Source: an uncultured Lachnospiraceae bacterium (GTDB lineage: Bacteria > Bacillota > Clostridia > Lachnospirales > Lachnospiraceae). Taken from it: DNA of 64,000 bases. The stretch is taken from assembly GCA_947382355.1 (NCBI GenBank), contig CANCYR010000003.1, forward strand, positions 52,139-116,138, read 5' to 3'. Shown one piece after another: positions 45,980 to 54,881 of this stretch; position 1 is the first letter of the stretch; each line of letters starts with the position of its first letter. The notes under the pieces were generated by a model. The model saw nothing but the letters and a program-made list of their open reading frames with translations, was not told the origin of the DNA and searched no databases. Both the position numbers and the translations under genes were made by a program.

Positions 45980-47041
45980 ATGAAAACAGTAAAAAAGGTT
46001 TTAAACGAGATTTTTATTGAAGGGCTAAGCGGAATGGCAACCGGGCTTTTTGCCACTTTGATTATTGGAACGATTATTCAGCAGGTGGGAAATCTGATTC
46101 CCGGCATAATAGGAGAGTATCTTTTTGTGATGGGAAAGATTGCTGCCAGCGTAACAGGAGTGGGAATTGGCGTAGGAACCGCAATGCGGTTAAAGTCCAG
46201 CCCTCTTGTGATTGCTTCGGCAGCTACATGCGGTATGATGGGCGCATTTGCCAGCAAGCTTTTGGCAGGCACGGTTTTAGTAGAAGGAACCATTATATAT
46301 GCCGGGCCGGGAGAACCGCTGGGCGCCTTTATTGCAGCCCTTGCATGTATTTACATAGGAAAGGTCGTATCCGGAAATAAAGTGGATATATTGATAACTC
46401 CTTTCGTCTGCATTGTAACCGGCTCTGCAGTAGGACTTATCTTAGGGCCTCCTATTTCCAGATTTATGGCATTTTTAGGCGCTGTTGTAAATGCCGGAAC
46501 GGTGCAGGCTCCGTTTTTGATGGGAATCATCGTTTCTGTATTAATGGGAATTATTTTAACGCTGCCAATCAGCTCGGCAGCATTGGGCATTATTCTGGAC
46601 CTTTCAGGTCTGGCGGCAGGAGCTGCTACGGTAGGCTGCTGTGCCAATATGATAGGCTTTGCAGTTGCCAGCTTCCGTGAAAATAAGATGAACGGCCTTT
46701 TGGCCCAGGGACTTGGTACCAGCATGCTGCAGATTGGAAATATTGTGAAAAAGCCGGTTATCTGGTTGCCTGCCATTATTTCCAGCGCTATTTTAGGGCC
46801 AGTCTCTACGCTGTTGTTCCACATGGAAAACAATGCAACCGGTTCCGGTATGGGAACGGCAGGGCTGGTAGGACAAATTACTACTTTTCAGACTATGGCA
46901 GCAAATGAAGGGGCAGCAGTGGTGCTTGTGAAAATTATTGTGCTTCATTTTATTCTTCCCGCAGCATTATCTCTTGGCATTTCAGAATTTATGAGGAAAA
47001 AAGGATGGATAAAGGAAGGGGATATGAAGCTGAATGTTTAA
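45980..47041 (+). CDS. PTS_EIIC_2 / PfoR-like polytopic membrane protein (353 aa). Candidate NiaR-regulated transporter.
   Basis: A Gly/Ala-rich protein with about 10 TM helices. Its N-terminus MKTVKKVLNEIFIEGLSGMATGLFATLIIGTIIQ resembles COG3641-type proteins. It lies directly downstream of niaR. SD AAAGAGGAG upstream. Confidence 0.6.
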   Translation: MKTVKKVLNEIFIEGLSGMATGLFATLIIGTIIQQVGNLIPGIIGEYLFVMGKIAASVTGVGIGVGTAMRLKSSPLVIASAATCGMMGAFASKLLAGTVLVEGTIIYAGPGEPLGAFIAALACIYIGKVVSGNKVDILITPFVCIVTGSAVGLILGPPISRFMAFLGAVVNAGTVQAPFLMGIIVSVLMGIILTLPISSAALGIILDLSGLAAGAATVGCCANMIGFAVASFRENKMNGLLAQGLGTSMLQIGNIVKKPVIWLPAIISSAILGPVSTLLFHMENNATGSGMGTAGLVGQITTFQTMAANEGAAVVLVKIIVLHFILPAALSLGISEFMRKKGWIKEGDMKLNV

Positions 47042-47118
47042 ATGTAAATGTATAGAAGCTGTATTTTAGACTATAGAGAAAAAGCGGATATACAGATATA
47101 GAAAATATATAAATATAG

Positions 47119-47158
47119 AAATGATGACCACAGGCTTGGCTGGTGGTCATCATTTCTT
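47119..47158. terminator. Bidirectional terminator
   Basis: AAATGATGACCAC-N11-GTGGTCATCATTT forms a 13-bp stem. Confidence 0.8.
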
Positions 47159-47441
47159 ATTTCATTCGGTTAAACACAAGCTCGTAGCCATCGCTGCCAT
47201 AATTTAAGGAACGGTTCACACGGCTGATAGTGGCGGTGGAAGCTCCGGTTTTTTCCGCGATTTCCAGATAAGTCTTCTGCTGTCTGAGCATAGCTGCCAC
47301 TTCAAAGCGCTGGGACAGGGAAAGAAGCTCGTTCACTGTGCATAAATCCTCAAAGAAAGCATAGCATTCTTCCCGGTTTTCCAAAGTCAGAACCGCATCA
47401 AAAAGTTGATTTACCGCATCGGTTTTTAATTTTTTATTCAT
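47157..47441 (-). CDS. YerC/YecD family TrpR-related protein
   Basis: LFDAVLTLENREECYAFFEDLCTVNELLSLSQRFEVAAMLRQQKTYLEIAEKTGASTATISRVNRSLNYG matches the B. subtilis YerC pattern. Start follows GGAGGTATCT. Confidence 0.85.
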   Translation of the reverse strand: MNKKLKTDAVNQLFDAVLTLENREECYAFFEDLCTVNELLSLSQRFEVAAMLRQQKTYLEIAEKTGASTATISRVNRSLNYGSDGYELVFNRMK

Positions 47442-47577
47442 AGATACCTCCGGATGAAACAGACGGAAACCGCTCATATAGTTAAAGGACGCCGTCAAAT
47501 ACTTTTATACAATAAAGTTTTACAGTGATAACTTATTGAATTGTAACATGAAAGAAATCTATCGTCAACTGTTACAA

Positions 47578-48285
47578 TTATTTTAATGCCTGTTTGAATT
47601 TTTCTACAGAGCTGTTTACAATAAGCTCTTCCGGGAATCCGGTTTCCAGTATCAAAGGTCCGGAATAGCAGCAGTTACCTATATTGGTATCTGTGTGGGC
47701 ATCGGAATTTAAAATAATGGGAACCTGATGTTTTTCGCAGGAGGCCAACATGATTTTGTAATTTTCTCTGGCATTTGGACGAAAGCTTCCGGGTGCCAGA
47801 GAAGAGTTGTTCACCTCTAACAGTGTCTTCGTATCCCTGGCTGCTCTTGCAATTTCCTCATAATCCACAGGAAACCGCCCATCGTCCAGATGACCGATAA
47901 TATGGATGTGGGGATTTTTCATAACATTTAAAACTGCCCTGGTGGTATCCGATTTATCCATAAAAGGAATGCAGGGAGGGTGCAGGCTTGCAACTGCAAT
48001 ATCCATAGTGGACAACAGCTCCTGCTTCATGTCCACGCTGCCGTCTGCATCTAAAATATTCAGTTCCACTCCAAATAAAAGAGGAAGGGCATAGCCATTC
48101 CTGTCTAAAGCTTTCAGATTCTGAAAGTAGTATTCGTGACAAGTGCCGGGCATGCTGGGGGCATGTTCCGTAATGCCCAGCAGCCTAAGCCCTTTCTCCT
48201 TAGCGGCGGCAGCCATTTCAACTATAGTGTTATAAGCATGACCGCTGGCTATGGTGTGGGTGTGCATATCCAGTACGTACTTCAT
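47578..48285 (-). CDS. PHP-domain phosphatase (YcdX-like)
   Basis: MKYVLDMHTHTIASGHAY... and ITEHAP give the PHP histidine/aspartate motifs. Start follows GGAGATTACT. Confidence 0.8.
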   Translation of the reverse strand: MKYVLDMHTHTIASGHAYNTIVEMAAAAKEKGLRLLGITEHAPSMPGTCHEYYFQNLKALDRNGYALPLLFGVELNILDADGSVDMKQELLSTMDIAVASLHPPCIPFMDKSDTTRAVLNVMKNPHIHIIGHLDDGRFPVDYEEIARAARDTKTLLEVNNSSLAPGSFRPNARENYKIMLASCEKHQVPIILNSDAHTDTNIGNCCYSGPLILETGFPEELIVNSSVEKFKQALK

Positions 48286-48304
48286 AGTAATCTCCAATCA
48301 AAAA

Positions 48305-48388
48305 ACGGAGGACAAGGGATTCGAACCCTCGGTGCCAGGGGCACACAGCTTTTCGAGAGCTGCACCTTAAACCACTCGGACAATCCTC
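48305..48388 (-). tRNA. tRNA-Ser (anticodon CGA)
   Basis: The reverse complement reads GGAGGATTGTCCGAGTGGTTTAAGG...CAGCT-CTCGAAA-AGCTG. It has a long variable arm (GTGCC-CCT-GGCAC) and a T arm (GAGGG-TTCGAAT-CCCTT). CCA is not encoded. Confidence 0.85.
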
Positions 48389-48510
48389 CGGATTTCTAAG
48401 CGGAATAGAAAAGAATATTCCACTAAAACAGTATAACAAATTGTGGGGGAAATGCAAGGAAAAAAATTGGGGGGCTATTTTCACATAGGCACATGGGAAA
48501 ACTTTGTATG

Positions 48511-48539
48511 TTTACAAATAGTTTTAAATACCGTATAAT
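48511..48539 (+). promoter_or_regulatory. Sigma-A type promoter
   Basis: TTTACA, a 17-nt spacer, then TATAAT, about 20 nt upstream of the DUF1836 gene SD. Confidence 0.55.
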
Positions 48540-48560
48540 CTAGTGAAGAGGTGAAAACAG

Positions 48561-49211
48561 ATGAAAATAGTAACAGAAGATTTATTGAACAGCATACTTG
48601 ACAGTCTGGAACAGATTGACTATGTAAAGACAGAGGACATTCCCAACATAGATTTATATATGGATCAGGTCACCACATTCATGGATACGAAGATGAAAGA
48701 CACGGCAAGGCATCCGGAGGAGGATAAAATCCTGACGAAAACCATGATTAATAATTATGCGAAAAATAATTTACTGCCGCCTCCCGTAAAAAAGAAATAT
48801 ACAAAGGAACATATGCTTCTGCTTATTTTTATATACTATTTTAAAGGAATCTTATCCATAGGTGATATCAGTAAGCTGTTGGAGCCTTTAACGGAACGGT
48901 TTTTCTATGAAAAGGAAGGCTTTGGCTTAGAGGACATCTATAATGAGGTCTTCAGCCTGGAAAGAGCAGAAATAGAACGGATGAAAAAAGATGTTTCTGA
49001 AAAGTTTGGTAAGGCGGAAGAGACTTTTTCAGAGGCGCCTGAGGAAAGCAGGGAATTTCTGCGCCAGTTTGCTTTTATCTGTATGCTGAGCTTTGATGTA
49101 TATGTAAAAAAGCAGATGATTGAGAAAATGATTGATAATATGGAAAAGCCTAAGGGTGAAGGACAGCCGGCAGGAAAGAAGGAGCCAAAGGAAAAGAATA
49201 AAGAAAAATAG
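48561..49211 (+). CDS. DUF1836 domain-containing protein
   Basis: IDLYMDQVTTFMD and LTKTMINNYAKNNLLPPPVKKKYTKEHMLLLIFIYYFK are characteristic of DUF1836 as I remember it. Confidence 0.7.
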   Translation: MKIVTEDLLNSILDSLEQIDYVKTEDIPNIDLYMDQVTTFMDTKMKDTARHPEEDKILTKTMINNYAKNNLLPPPVKKKYTKEHMLLLIFIYYFKGILSIGDISKLLEPLTERFFYEKEGFGLEDIYNEVFSLERAEIERMKKDVSEKFGKAEETFSEAPEESREFLRQFAFICMLSFDVYVKKQMIEKMIDNMEKPKGEGQPAGKKEPKEKNKEK

Positions 49212-49227
49212 AAAGTGATTAGTGAAT

Positions 49228-51414
49228 ATGCCAGATGGAATTACTATTGTATTAGACCCGGGACATGGCGGAGACAATCTGGGTCTTGATTATAATGGGC
49301 ACATAGAAAAGGAAATGAACCTGATTGTTGCCAATGCCATGCGGGAAGAGCTTTTAAAATATGACAATGTAAACGTATACCTGACAAACGAAGATGCAAG
49401 GGGCATGTCCTTAAAGGAGCGTGCCGCTTATGGAAAGGAAGCAGGGGCTGATGTACTCATCAGCCTTCATTTTAATATGTCTGAAGAGCACACGAACTTT
49501 GGCTCTGAAGTATGGATTCCTTCCAAGGGGCTTGCTTACCGCCAGATGCGTTCCCTGGGAGATATATTTTTGGAAGAATTTGAAGGAATAGGTCTTCATA
49601 CACGGGGAGTAAAGACAAGACTGAATGACCGGGGCACAGATTATTATGGAATTATAAGAGAATCGGAGGAACTTGGGATTCCTGCTGTGATAGTGGAACA
49701 TTGTTATGCGGATTATAAGACGGATATCCCTTACATAGAAACTAAAGAAGACTTACAGAGATTCGGACAGTTGGACGCAAGAGCAGTGGCAAAGTATTAT
49801 GGGCTTACGTCAGAAGCTCTGGGAGTGGATTACAGCTCTTATGTAAAAAATGGCTATTATATACCGGAGGAGCCTATAGGAAGCGATGCCACAGGTCCGG
49901 TGGATGCAAGGATAGCCATGATTTCCTCTACAGAGACTTATACGGGTGAAAAAGGAGAAGAGCAGGAAGTAACTGCAGGTTTCTTACTTTCTGCCAGAGA
50001 AGAGGAAAGTAAAATTGCATATTATTCTTACAGCTTAGACGGAGGAGAGACTTACTCGGAGCTGCTGCCCTGGCAGGGAAGTGACAGCAGCATGATAATA
50101 AGCATAAAAGGAATCAGACAGGGAGACCGGCTGGTCGCCAAGATATATAATGGACATACGGTGGGAAGCGAAACGAATCTGTTAAAATTCGGAGAGCCGG
50201 TATTGGAAGAGGAAACAGGAGAAGAGGAGGCCGGGGAGGAAGCTTTGCCGGAAGAAAATCAGCAGGGGGAAGAACATTCTTTTGCAGATTTTTTTTGGAG
50301 GAGTGATGAAGCTGCCCTTTCTGAATATAGAAAGAATATGTCCATTTTCCTTGTGATGGCACTTATTATCGCTTTTTTACTGGGAGTTACGTTGCATGTT
50401 CGGGGGAAGAGAGAAAAGATAAAAGCGGCGCTTGCCGTTTATATGGTAACAATCCTTTTGCTTTTCGGGGCTGTTAATGGCATTCACGTGCTTGTGCAGA
50501 ATCAGGCAAAGGACAGGGTGGAAACAATTGCGGGAACAGGACAGGAGGAAACTGCTTTAGAAGAGCCGGGAAAAGAAGAGCAGGAACCGGTTTCATTGGA
50601 AAGCTTTTTGAAAGAAGACGATAAAATGTCCCAGGAAGAGGCAAATGTATTGCTGGAGCAGAAAAAGCAGACCGAAATCGTATATGATATAGCAGAAGGT
50701 TACCTTCGGGTGGAAACGCTGGAAAACGTGCCGAGAAACCAGTATGATTTCAGCTTTCTTACGGAAGAAAACGGCTATAAGGCATACAGGGACGATAAGG
50801 GGAATGTTGCAATCCGGGGAATTGATGTGTCTAAGTTTCAGGGAAACGTTGACTGGCAGGCAGTAAAGGAAAGCGGAATGGAATTTGCCATGATACGGCT
50901 TGGAATCAGAGGCTATGAATCCGGGGAAATGGTAATGGATGAAAGGTTTTATGATAATCTGCAAAATGCACAGGCAGCAGGCTTAAAAACAGGAGTGTAC
51001 TTTTTCTCATCGGCAGTTACGCAGGAGGAAGCGGTGGAAGAGGCGGAATTTGTACTAAAGGCATTAGAGGGACGAAGCATTGATATGCCGATAGTATTTG
51101 ATACAGAACCCATTTATTATGCAGATGCCAGAACGGACGATTTGACTCCTGTTGAGCTGACCGATATTACCATAGCATTTTGTGAGAGGATTAAACAGTC
51201 CGGCTATACTCCGATGATTTATGCCAATGCCAAAAGGCTTACCACGGTGCTGCGTCTGGAAAAGCTGTCCGGCTATGAGCTCTGGTATGCGGATTATCAG
51301 GAAAAGCCATTGTATCCTTATGAATATAAAATGTGGCAGTATACGGAAAAGGGTTCAGTGCCCGGTGTTTCAGGAAATGTGGATATCAATCTGTATTTTC
51401 AGATAAACGGATAG
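49228..51414 (+). CDS. Bifunctional peptidoglycan hydrolase: N-terminal Amidase_3 (N-acetylmuramoyl-L-alanine amidase), central two-TM hairpin, C-terminal GH25 muramidase
   Basis: Amidase_3 motifs IVLDPGHGGDNLG, ISLHFN and VEHCY. GH25 motifs RGIDVSKFQGNVDWQAVKESGMEFAMIRLG and DINLY. TM helices are MSIFLVMALIIAFLLGVTLHV and LAVYMVTILLLFGAVNGIHVLV. Start is ATG 49228 or GTG 49222. Confidence 0.85.
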   Translation: MPDGITIVLDPGHGGDNLGLDYNGHIEKEMNLIVANAMREELLKYDNVNVYLTNEDARGMSLKERAAYGKEAGADVLISLHFNMSEEHTNFGSEVWIPSKGLAYRQMRSLGDIFLEEFEGIGLHTRGVKTRLNDRGTDYYGIIRESEELGIPAVIVEHCYADYKTDIPYIETKEDLQRFGQLDARAVAKYYGLTSEALGVDYSSYVKNGYYIPEEPIGSDATGPVDARIAMISSTETYTGEKGEEQEVTAGFLLSAREEESKIAYYSYSLDGGETYSELLPWQGSDSSMIISIKGIRQGDRLVAKIYNGHTVGSETNLLKFGEPVLEEETGEEEAGEEALPEENQQGEEHSFADFFWRSDEAALSEYRKNMSIFLVMALIIAFLLGVTLHVRGKREKIKAALAVYMVTILLLFGAVNGIHVLVQNQAKDRVETIAGTGQEETALEEPGKEEQEPVSLESFLKEDDKMSQEEANVLLEQKKQTEIVYDIAEGYLRVETLENVPRNQYDFSFLTEENGYKAYRDDKGNVAIRGIDVSKFQGNVDWQAVKESGMEFAMIRLGIRGYESGEMVMDERFYDNLQNAQAAGLKTGVYFFSSAVTQEEAVEEAEFVLKALEGRSIDMPIVFDTEPIYYADARTDDLTPVELTDITIAFCERIKQSGYTPMIYANAKRLTTVLRLEKLSGYELWYADYQEKPLYPYEYKMWQYTEKGSVPGVSGNVDINLYFQING

Positions 51415-51421
51415 AGAGCAG

Positions 51422-51450
51422 TTTACAAAGCTAAAAAGTTATGTTATACT
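51422..51450 (+). promoter_or_regulatory. Sigma-A type promoter of rpsO
   Basis: TTTACA (51422-27), a 17-nt spacer ending in TG-T, then TATACT (51445-50). Confidence 0.55.
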
Positions 51451-51540
51451 TGCTAAGTATGAATTCAGCCACTGACTCAGAATCGGGAAGCTCCACCCCA
51501 TTCTTGGCAGAAGGCGGTTAAAAGAAAAGGAGAAAAGAAA

Positions 51541-51807
51541 ATGATTTCGAAAGAAAAGAAAACAGCTATTATCAATGAGTACGCAAGGGCAGAGGGCGAT
51601 ACCGGTTCACCGGAAGTACAAATCGCAGTTTTGACAGCAAGGATTAATGAACTTACAGAGCACTTAAAGGTTAATCAAAAGGATCATCATTCCAGAAGAG
51701 GTCTTCTTAAAATGGTAGGTAAGAGAAGAGGTTTGCTTGACTACTTAAAGAAAACTGATATTGAAAGATACCGCTCATTGATTGAAAGACTTGGAATCAG
51801 AAAATAA
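51541..51807 (+). CDS. rpsO: 30S ribosomal protein S15
   Basis: [51 protein letters not shown] is canonical S15. Confidence 0.97.
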   Translation: MISKEKKTAIINEYARAEGDTGSPEVQIAVLTARINELTEHLKVNQKDHHSRRGLLKMVGKRRGLLDYLKKTDIERYRSLIERLGIRK

Positions 51808-51828
51808 TTTGGTGCAACGATGTAAATG

Positions 51829-51855
51829 AGGCGGATAGAAATATCCGCCTTTATT
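51829..51855 (+). terminator. rpsO terminator/attenuator
   Basis: AGGCGGATA-GAAA-TATCCGCCT followed by TTTATT. Confidence 0.75.
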
Positions 51856-51919
51856 CCCGCGAGCAACGAGCCAAGTGATTGCGTGCAAGCATTTGGCCAC
51901 TGCCGCGAGGTCTTTGACT
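51851..51919 (+). repeat. Leader repeat F, copy 2, between the rpsO terminator and pnp
   Basis: TTATTCCCGCGAGCAACGAGCCAAGTGATTGCGTGCAAGCATTTGGCCACTGCC... matches 38837-38905. Confidence 0.85.
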
Positions 51920-52087
51920 TATAAAATCAGGAAGAAGATGAAAGCCGAGACCACTGAAAGATGTATGGACAGAATATGTTTCATGCCTGTTTCAGTAGTT
52001 TCGGAAGCTTCTGCCTGACGGCAAAGCAAAAAGATTTTGCCAGCCATTAATACGGGCATGGCCCGCAAGCAGAAAAGGAGAAGAAAC

Positions 52088-54172
52088 ATGTACAAAAATT
52101 TCAGTATGGAATTAGCCGGCCGGACTTTATCAGTAGATATCGGAAGAGTTTGTGCACAGGCAAACGGCGCGGCGCTGATTAAATATGGCGACACTACCGT
52201 ATTATCTACCGCAACCGCATCAGACAAGCCGAGGGAAGGAATTGATTTCTTTCCGCTCAGCGTGGAATATGAAGAAAAGCTTTATTCAGTGGGAAAAATA
52301 CCGGGAGGATTCAATAAAAGGGAAGGAAAGGCATCGGAAAATGCCATTCTTACCAGCCGTGTCATTGACAGGCCCATGCGTCCTTTATTCCCCAAGGATT
52401 ACAGAAATGATGTTACTTTAAATAATATGGTTATGTCCGTAGACCCGGAATGCCGGCCGGAGCTTACTGCCATGATTGGCGCGGCACTGGTTACAAGTAT
52501 TTCGGATATTCCCTTTGACGGTCCCTGCGCTACTACTCAGATTGGCATGGTGGATGGACAGTTCGTGGTAAATCCAAGTCAGGAGCAATGGAAGAACGGA
52601 GATTTGAATCTGACTGTGGCATCTACTGCACAGAAGGTAATCATGATAGAGGCAGGCGCCAATGAGATACCGGAAGACAAAATGATTGAAGCTATTTATA
52701 TGGCTCATGAAATCAATCAGACGATTATTGCCTTTATGAATCAAATCGTGGCAGAAGTGGGAAAAGAAAAGCATTCTTATACAAGCTGTGCAGTTCCTGA
52801 GGAAATGTTTGCAGCCATGAAAGAAATCGTTACTCCCGAGGAAATGGAAGCAGCAGTATTTACCGATGAGAAACAGGTTCGGGAAGAAAACATCAAAAAT
52901 ATCAGCGCAAAGCTGGAAGAGGCATTTGCAGAAAAAGAAGAATGGCTTGAAATCTTAGGAGAAGCCCTGTATCAATATCAGAAAAAGACAGTCCGTAAAA
53001 TGATTCTGAAAGACCATAAACGTCCGGACGGCCGTGAGATTACCCAAATCAGGCCCCTTGCGGCAGAAGTGGACCTTATTCCGAGAGTACATGGTTCTGC
53101 CATGTTTACCCGTGGACAAACCCAGATATGTACCATTACTACGCTGGCGCCCCTTTCTGAACAACAGAGAATAGACGGACTGGATGTTAACGAAACAAAC
53201 AAACGATACATGCACCATTACAATTTCCCGTCCTACTCTGTAGGAGAGACCAAACCAAGCAGAGGACCGGGAAGAAGGGAAATCGGCCATGGCGCTTTGG
53301 CAGAAAAGGCTTTGGTTCCTGTACTGCCTACGGAAGCAGAATTCCCTTATGCAATCCGTACTGTGTCAGAAACCTTTGAATCAAACGGTTCTACCTCTCA
53401 GGCATCTATTTGTGCGTCCACCATGTCCCTTATGGCAGCAGGTGTTCCCATTAAGAAGCAGGTGGCAGGCATCTCCTGCGGTCTTGTAACAGGTGATTCC
53501 GATGATGATTATATCGTTCTTACGGATATTCAGGGACTTGAGGACTTCTTTGGCGATATGGACTTTAAGGTGGCAGGTACTCATGACGGTATAACCGCTA
53601 TCCAGATGGATATTAAGATTCATGGACTGACAAGACCTATCGTAGAGGAAGCAATCAGAAGAACAAAAGAAGCAAGGGAATATATTTTAAATGAAATTAT
53701 GACTCCTGCCATTGCAGAACCAAGAAAAGAAGTGGGTCCATATGCGCCTAAGATTATTCAGATTCAGATTGATCCTGAGAAGATTGGCGATGTAGTAGGA
53801 CAAAGAGGAAAGACAATCAATACAATCATTGACCGTACAGGAGTTAAGATTGATATTACAGACGACGGCGCAGTTTCCATTTGCGGAACAGACAGCGGCA
53901 TGATGCAAAAAGCACTTGAGATGGTAAAGATCATTACAACGGATTTTGAAGAGGGACAAGTATTCAAAGGAAAAGTAGTGAGCATAAAGGAATTCGGAGC
54001 ATTTCTTGAATTTGCACCGGGTAAGGAAGGAATGGTTCATATTTCCAAGATTTCCAAGGAAAGAATCAACCGGGTGGAGGATGTACTCACTTTGGGAGAT
54101 GAAGTGAAGGTAGTATGCCTTGGAAAAGATAAGATGGGCAGAATCAGCTTTTCCATGAAGGATGTACAATAA
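52088..54172 (+). CDS. pnp: Polyribonucleotide nucleotidyltransferase (PNPase)
   Basis: Two RNase PH domains are present (e.g. REIGHGALAEKAL), and FGDMDFKVAGT is a PNPase hallmark. KH and S1 domains follow (VFKGKVVSIKEFGAFLEF). Start is ATG 52088 after AAAAGGAGAAG. Confidence 0.96.
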   Translation: MYKNFSMELAGRTLSVDIGRVCAQANGAALIKYGDTTVLSTATASDKPREGIDFFPLSVEYEEKLYSVGKIPGGFNKREGKASENAILTSRVIDRPMRPLFPKDYRNDVTLNNMVMSVDPECRPELTAMIGAALVTSISDIPFDGPCATTQIGMVDGQFVVNPSQEQWKNGDLNLTVASTAQKVIMIEAGANEIPEDKMIEAIYMAHEINQTIIAFMNQIVAEVGKEKHSYTSCAVPEEMFAAMKEIVTPEEMEAAVFTDEKQVREENIKNISAKLEEAFAEKEEWLEILGEALYQYQKKTVRKMILKDHKRPDGREITQIRPLAAEVDLIPRVHGSAMFTRGQTQICTITTLAPLSEQQRIDGLDVNETNKRYMHHYNFPSYSVGETKPSRGPGRREIGHGALAEKALVPVLPTEAEFPYAIRTVSETFESNGSTSQASICASTMSLMAAGVPIKKQVAGISCGLVTGDSDDDYIVLTDIQGLEDFFGDMDFKVAGTHDGITAIQMDIKIHGLTRPIVEEAIRRTKEAREYILNEIMTPAIAEPRKEVGPYAPKIIQIQIDPEKIGDVVGQRGKTINTIIDRTGVKIDITDDGAVSICGTDSGMMQKALEMVKIITTDFEEGQVFKGKVVSIKEFGAFLEFAPGKEGMVHISKISKERINRVEDVLTLGDEVKVVCLGKDKMGRISFSMKDVQ

Positions 54173-54197
54173 ATAGTCGGATTTTGATGAAATACGG

Positions 54198-54227
54198 GAA
54201 AAGGGCAGGTATGCCCTTTTCTTTTTG
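54198..54227 (+). terminator. pnp terminator
   Basis: GAAAAGGGCA-GGTA-TGCCCTTTTC followed by TTTTT. Confidence 0.85.
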
Positions 54228-54305
54228 GGTTTTAAATGGTAAAATATAACTGTGTATGTGTAAGGAGAAGTCATAATACTTTGTGATAAAGAAAAGGAGA
54301 AGCAT

Positions 54306-54881
54306 ATGGGTTTTTTTGGAAATTTGTTTGGGGGACATAAAAAGGAAATTGCAAGACTATATACGGAATTTGGCGAAGAAAAGGCAAGGCTTTCCATGGA
54401 ACATGAAAAGGAAATCGCCAGGTTAAAGGATGATCATGAACAGGAACTGATCAAGATGAAGACCCTGTACCATGAACAGTTAGAAGAAGTACAGCAGGCA
54501 TTCCGCAAAAAGACTGCATCCCTGAAGTCGGAGTATGAACAATATAAAGAAGAGTACGATCCTTCCGGTATGAGAGAAAGCCATGAAGCAGAACTGGAGA
54601 AAATGAAAAGTCTTTATAGTGAACAGTTAGAAGAGGTGGCAAAGGCATTCCGGGATAAGAATGACAGCATCAAGGAAGAACTGACGGCAAAAGAGAAGGA
54701 CAGGATTGAAAAGCTAAATGAAAGTCATGAAGCAGAACTGGATAAAATGAGAAAGCTTTATGATGAGCAGCTTCAAGAGGTGGCAGCAGCATTCCGGGAT
54801 AAGAACGGAAAGCTTCAGGCACAGTTAGACAAGCTTAGGAATCAGATAAGCAGTCTTTTGGCGGTGGAAGAGGATACATAA
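54306..54881 (+). CDS. Hypothetical coiled-coil protein with three tandem ~35-aa repeats (191 aa)
   Basis: SD AAAAGGAGAAGC upstream. The unit HE.EL.KM..LY.EQL.EV..AFR.K occurs three times. The stop codon abuts the next ATG (TAAATG). Confidence 0.65.
   Translation: MGFFGNLFGGHKKEIARLYTEFGEEKARLSMEHEKEIARLKDDHEQELIKMKTLYHEQLEEVQQAFRKKTASLKSEYEQYKEEYDPSGMRESHEAELEKMKSLYSEQLEEVAKAFRDKNDSIKEELTAKEKDRIEKLNESHEAELDKMRKLYDEQLQEVAAAFRDKNGKLQAQLDKLRNQISSLLAVEEDT

Noticed and set aside
51919-52227. 102-aa minus-strand ORF and the extended pnp ORF from 52037
   Set aside because: Both lie in the structured rpsO-pnp intergenic leader. pnp starts at ATG 52088 with a strong SD and the canonical N-terminus MYKNFSMELAGRTLSV.
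53687-54397. 236-aa minus-strand ORF overlapping the 3' end of pnp and the following terminator
   Set aside because: It is antisense to the well-supported PNPase KH/S1 region, crosses an intrinsic terminator, and has no SD or motifs.
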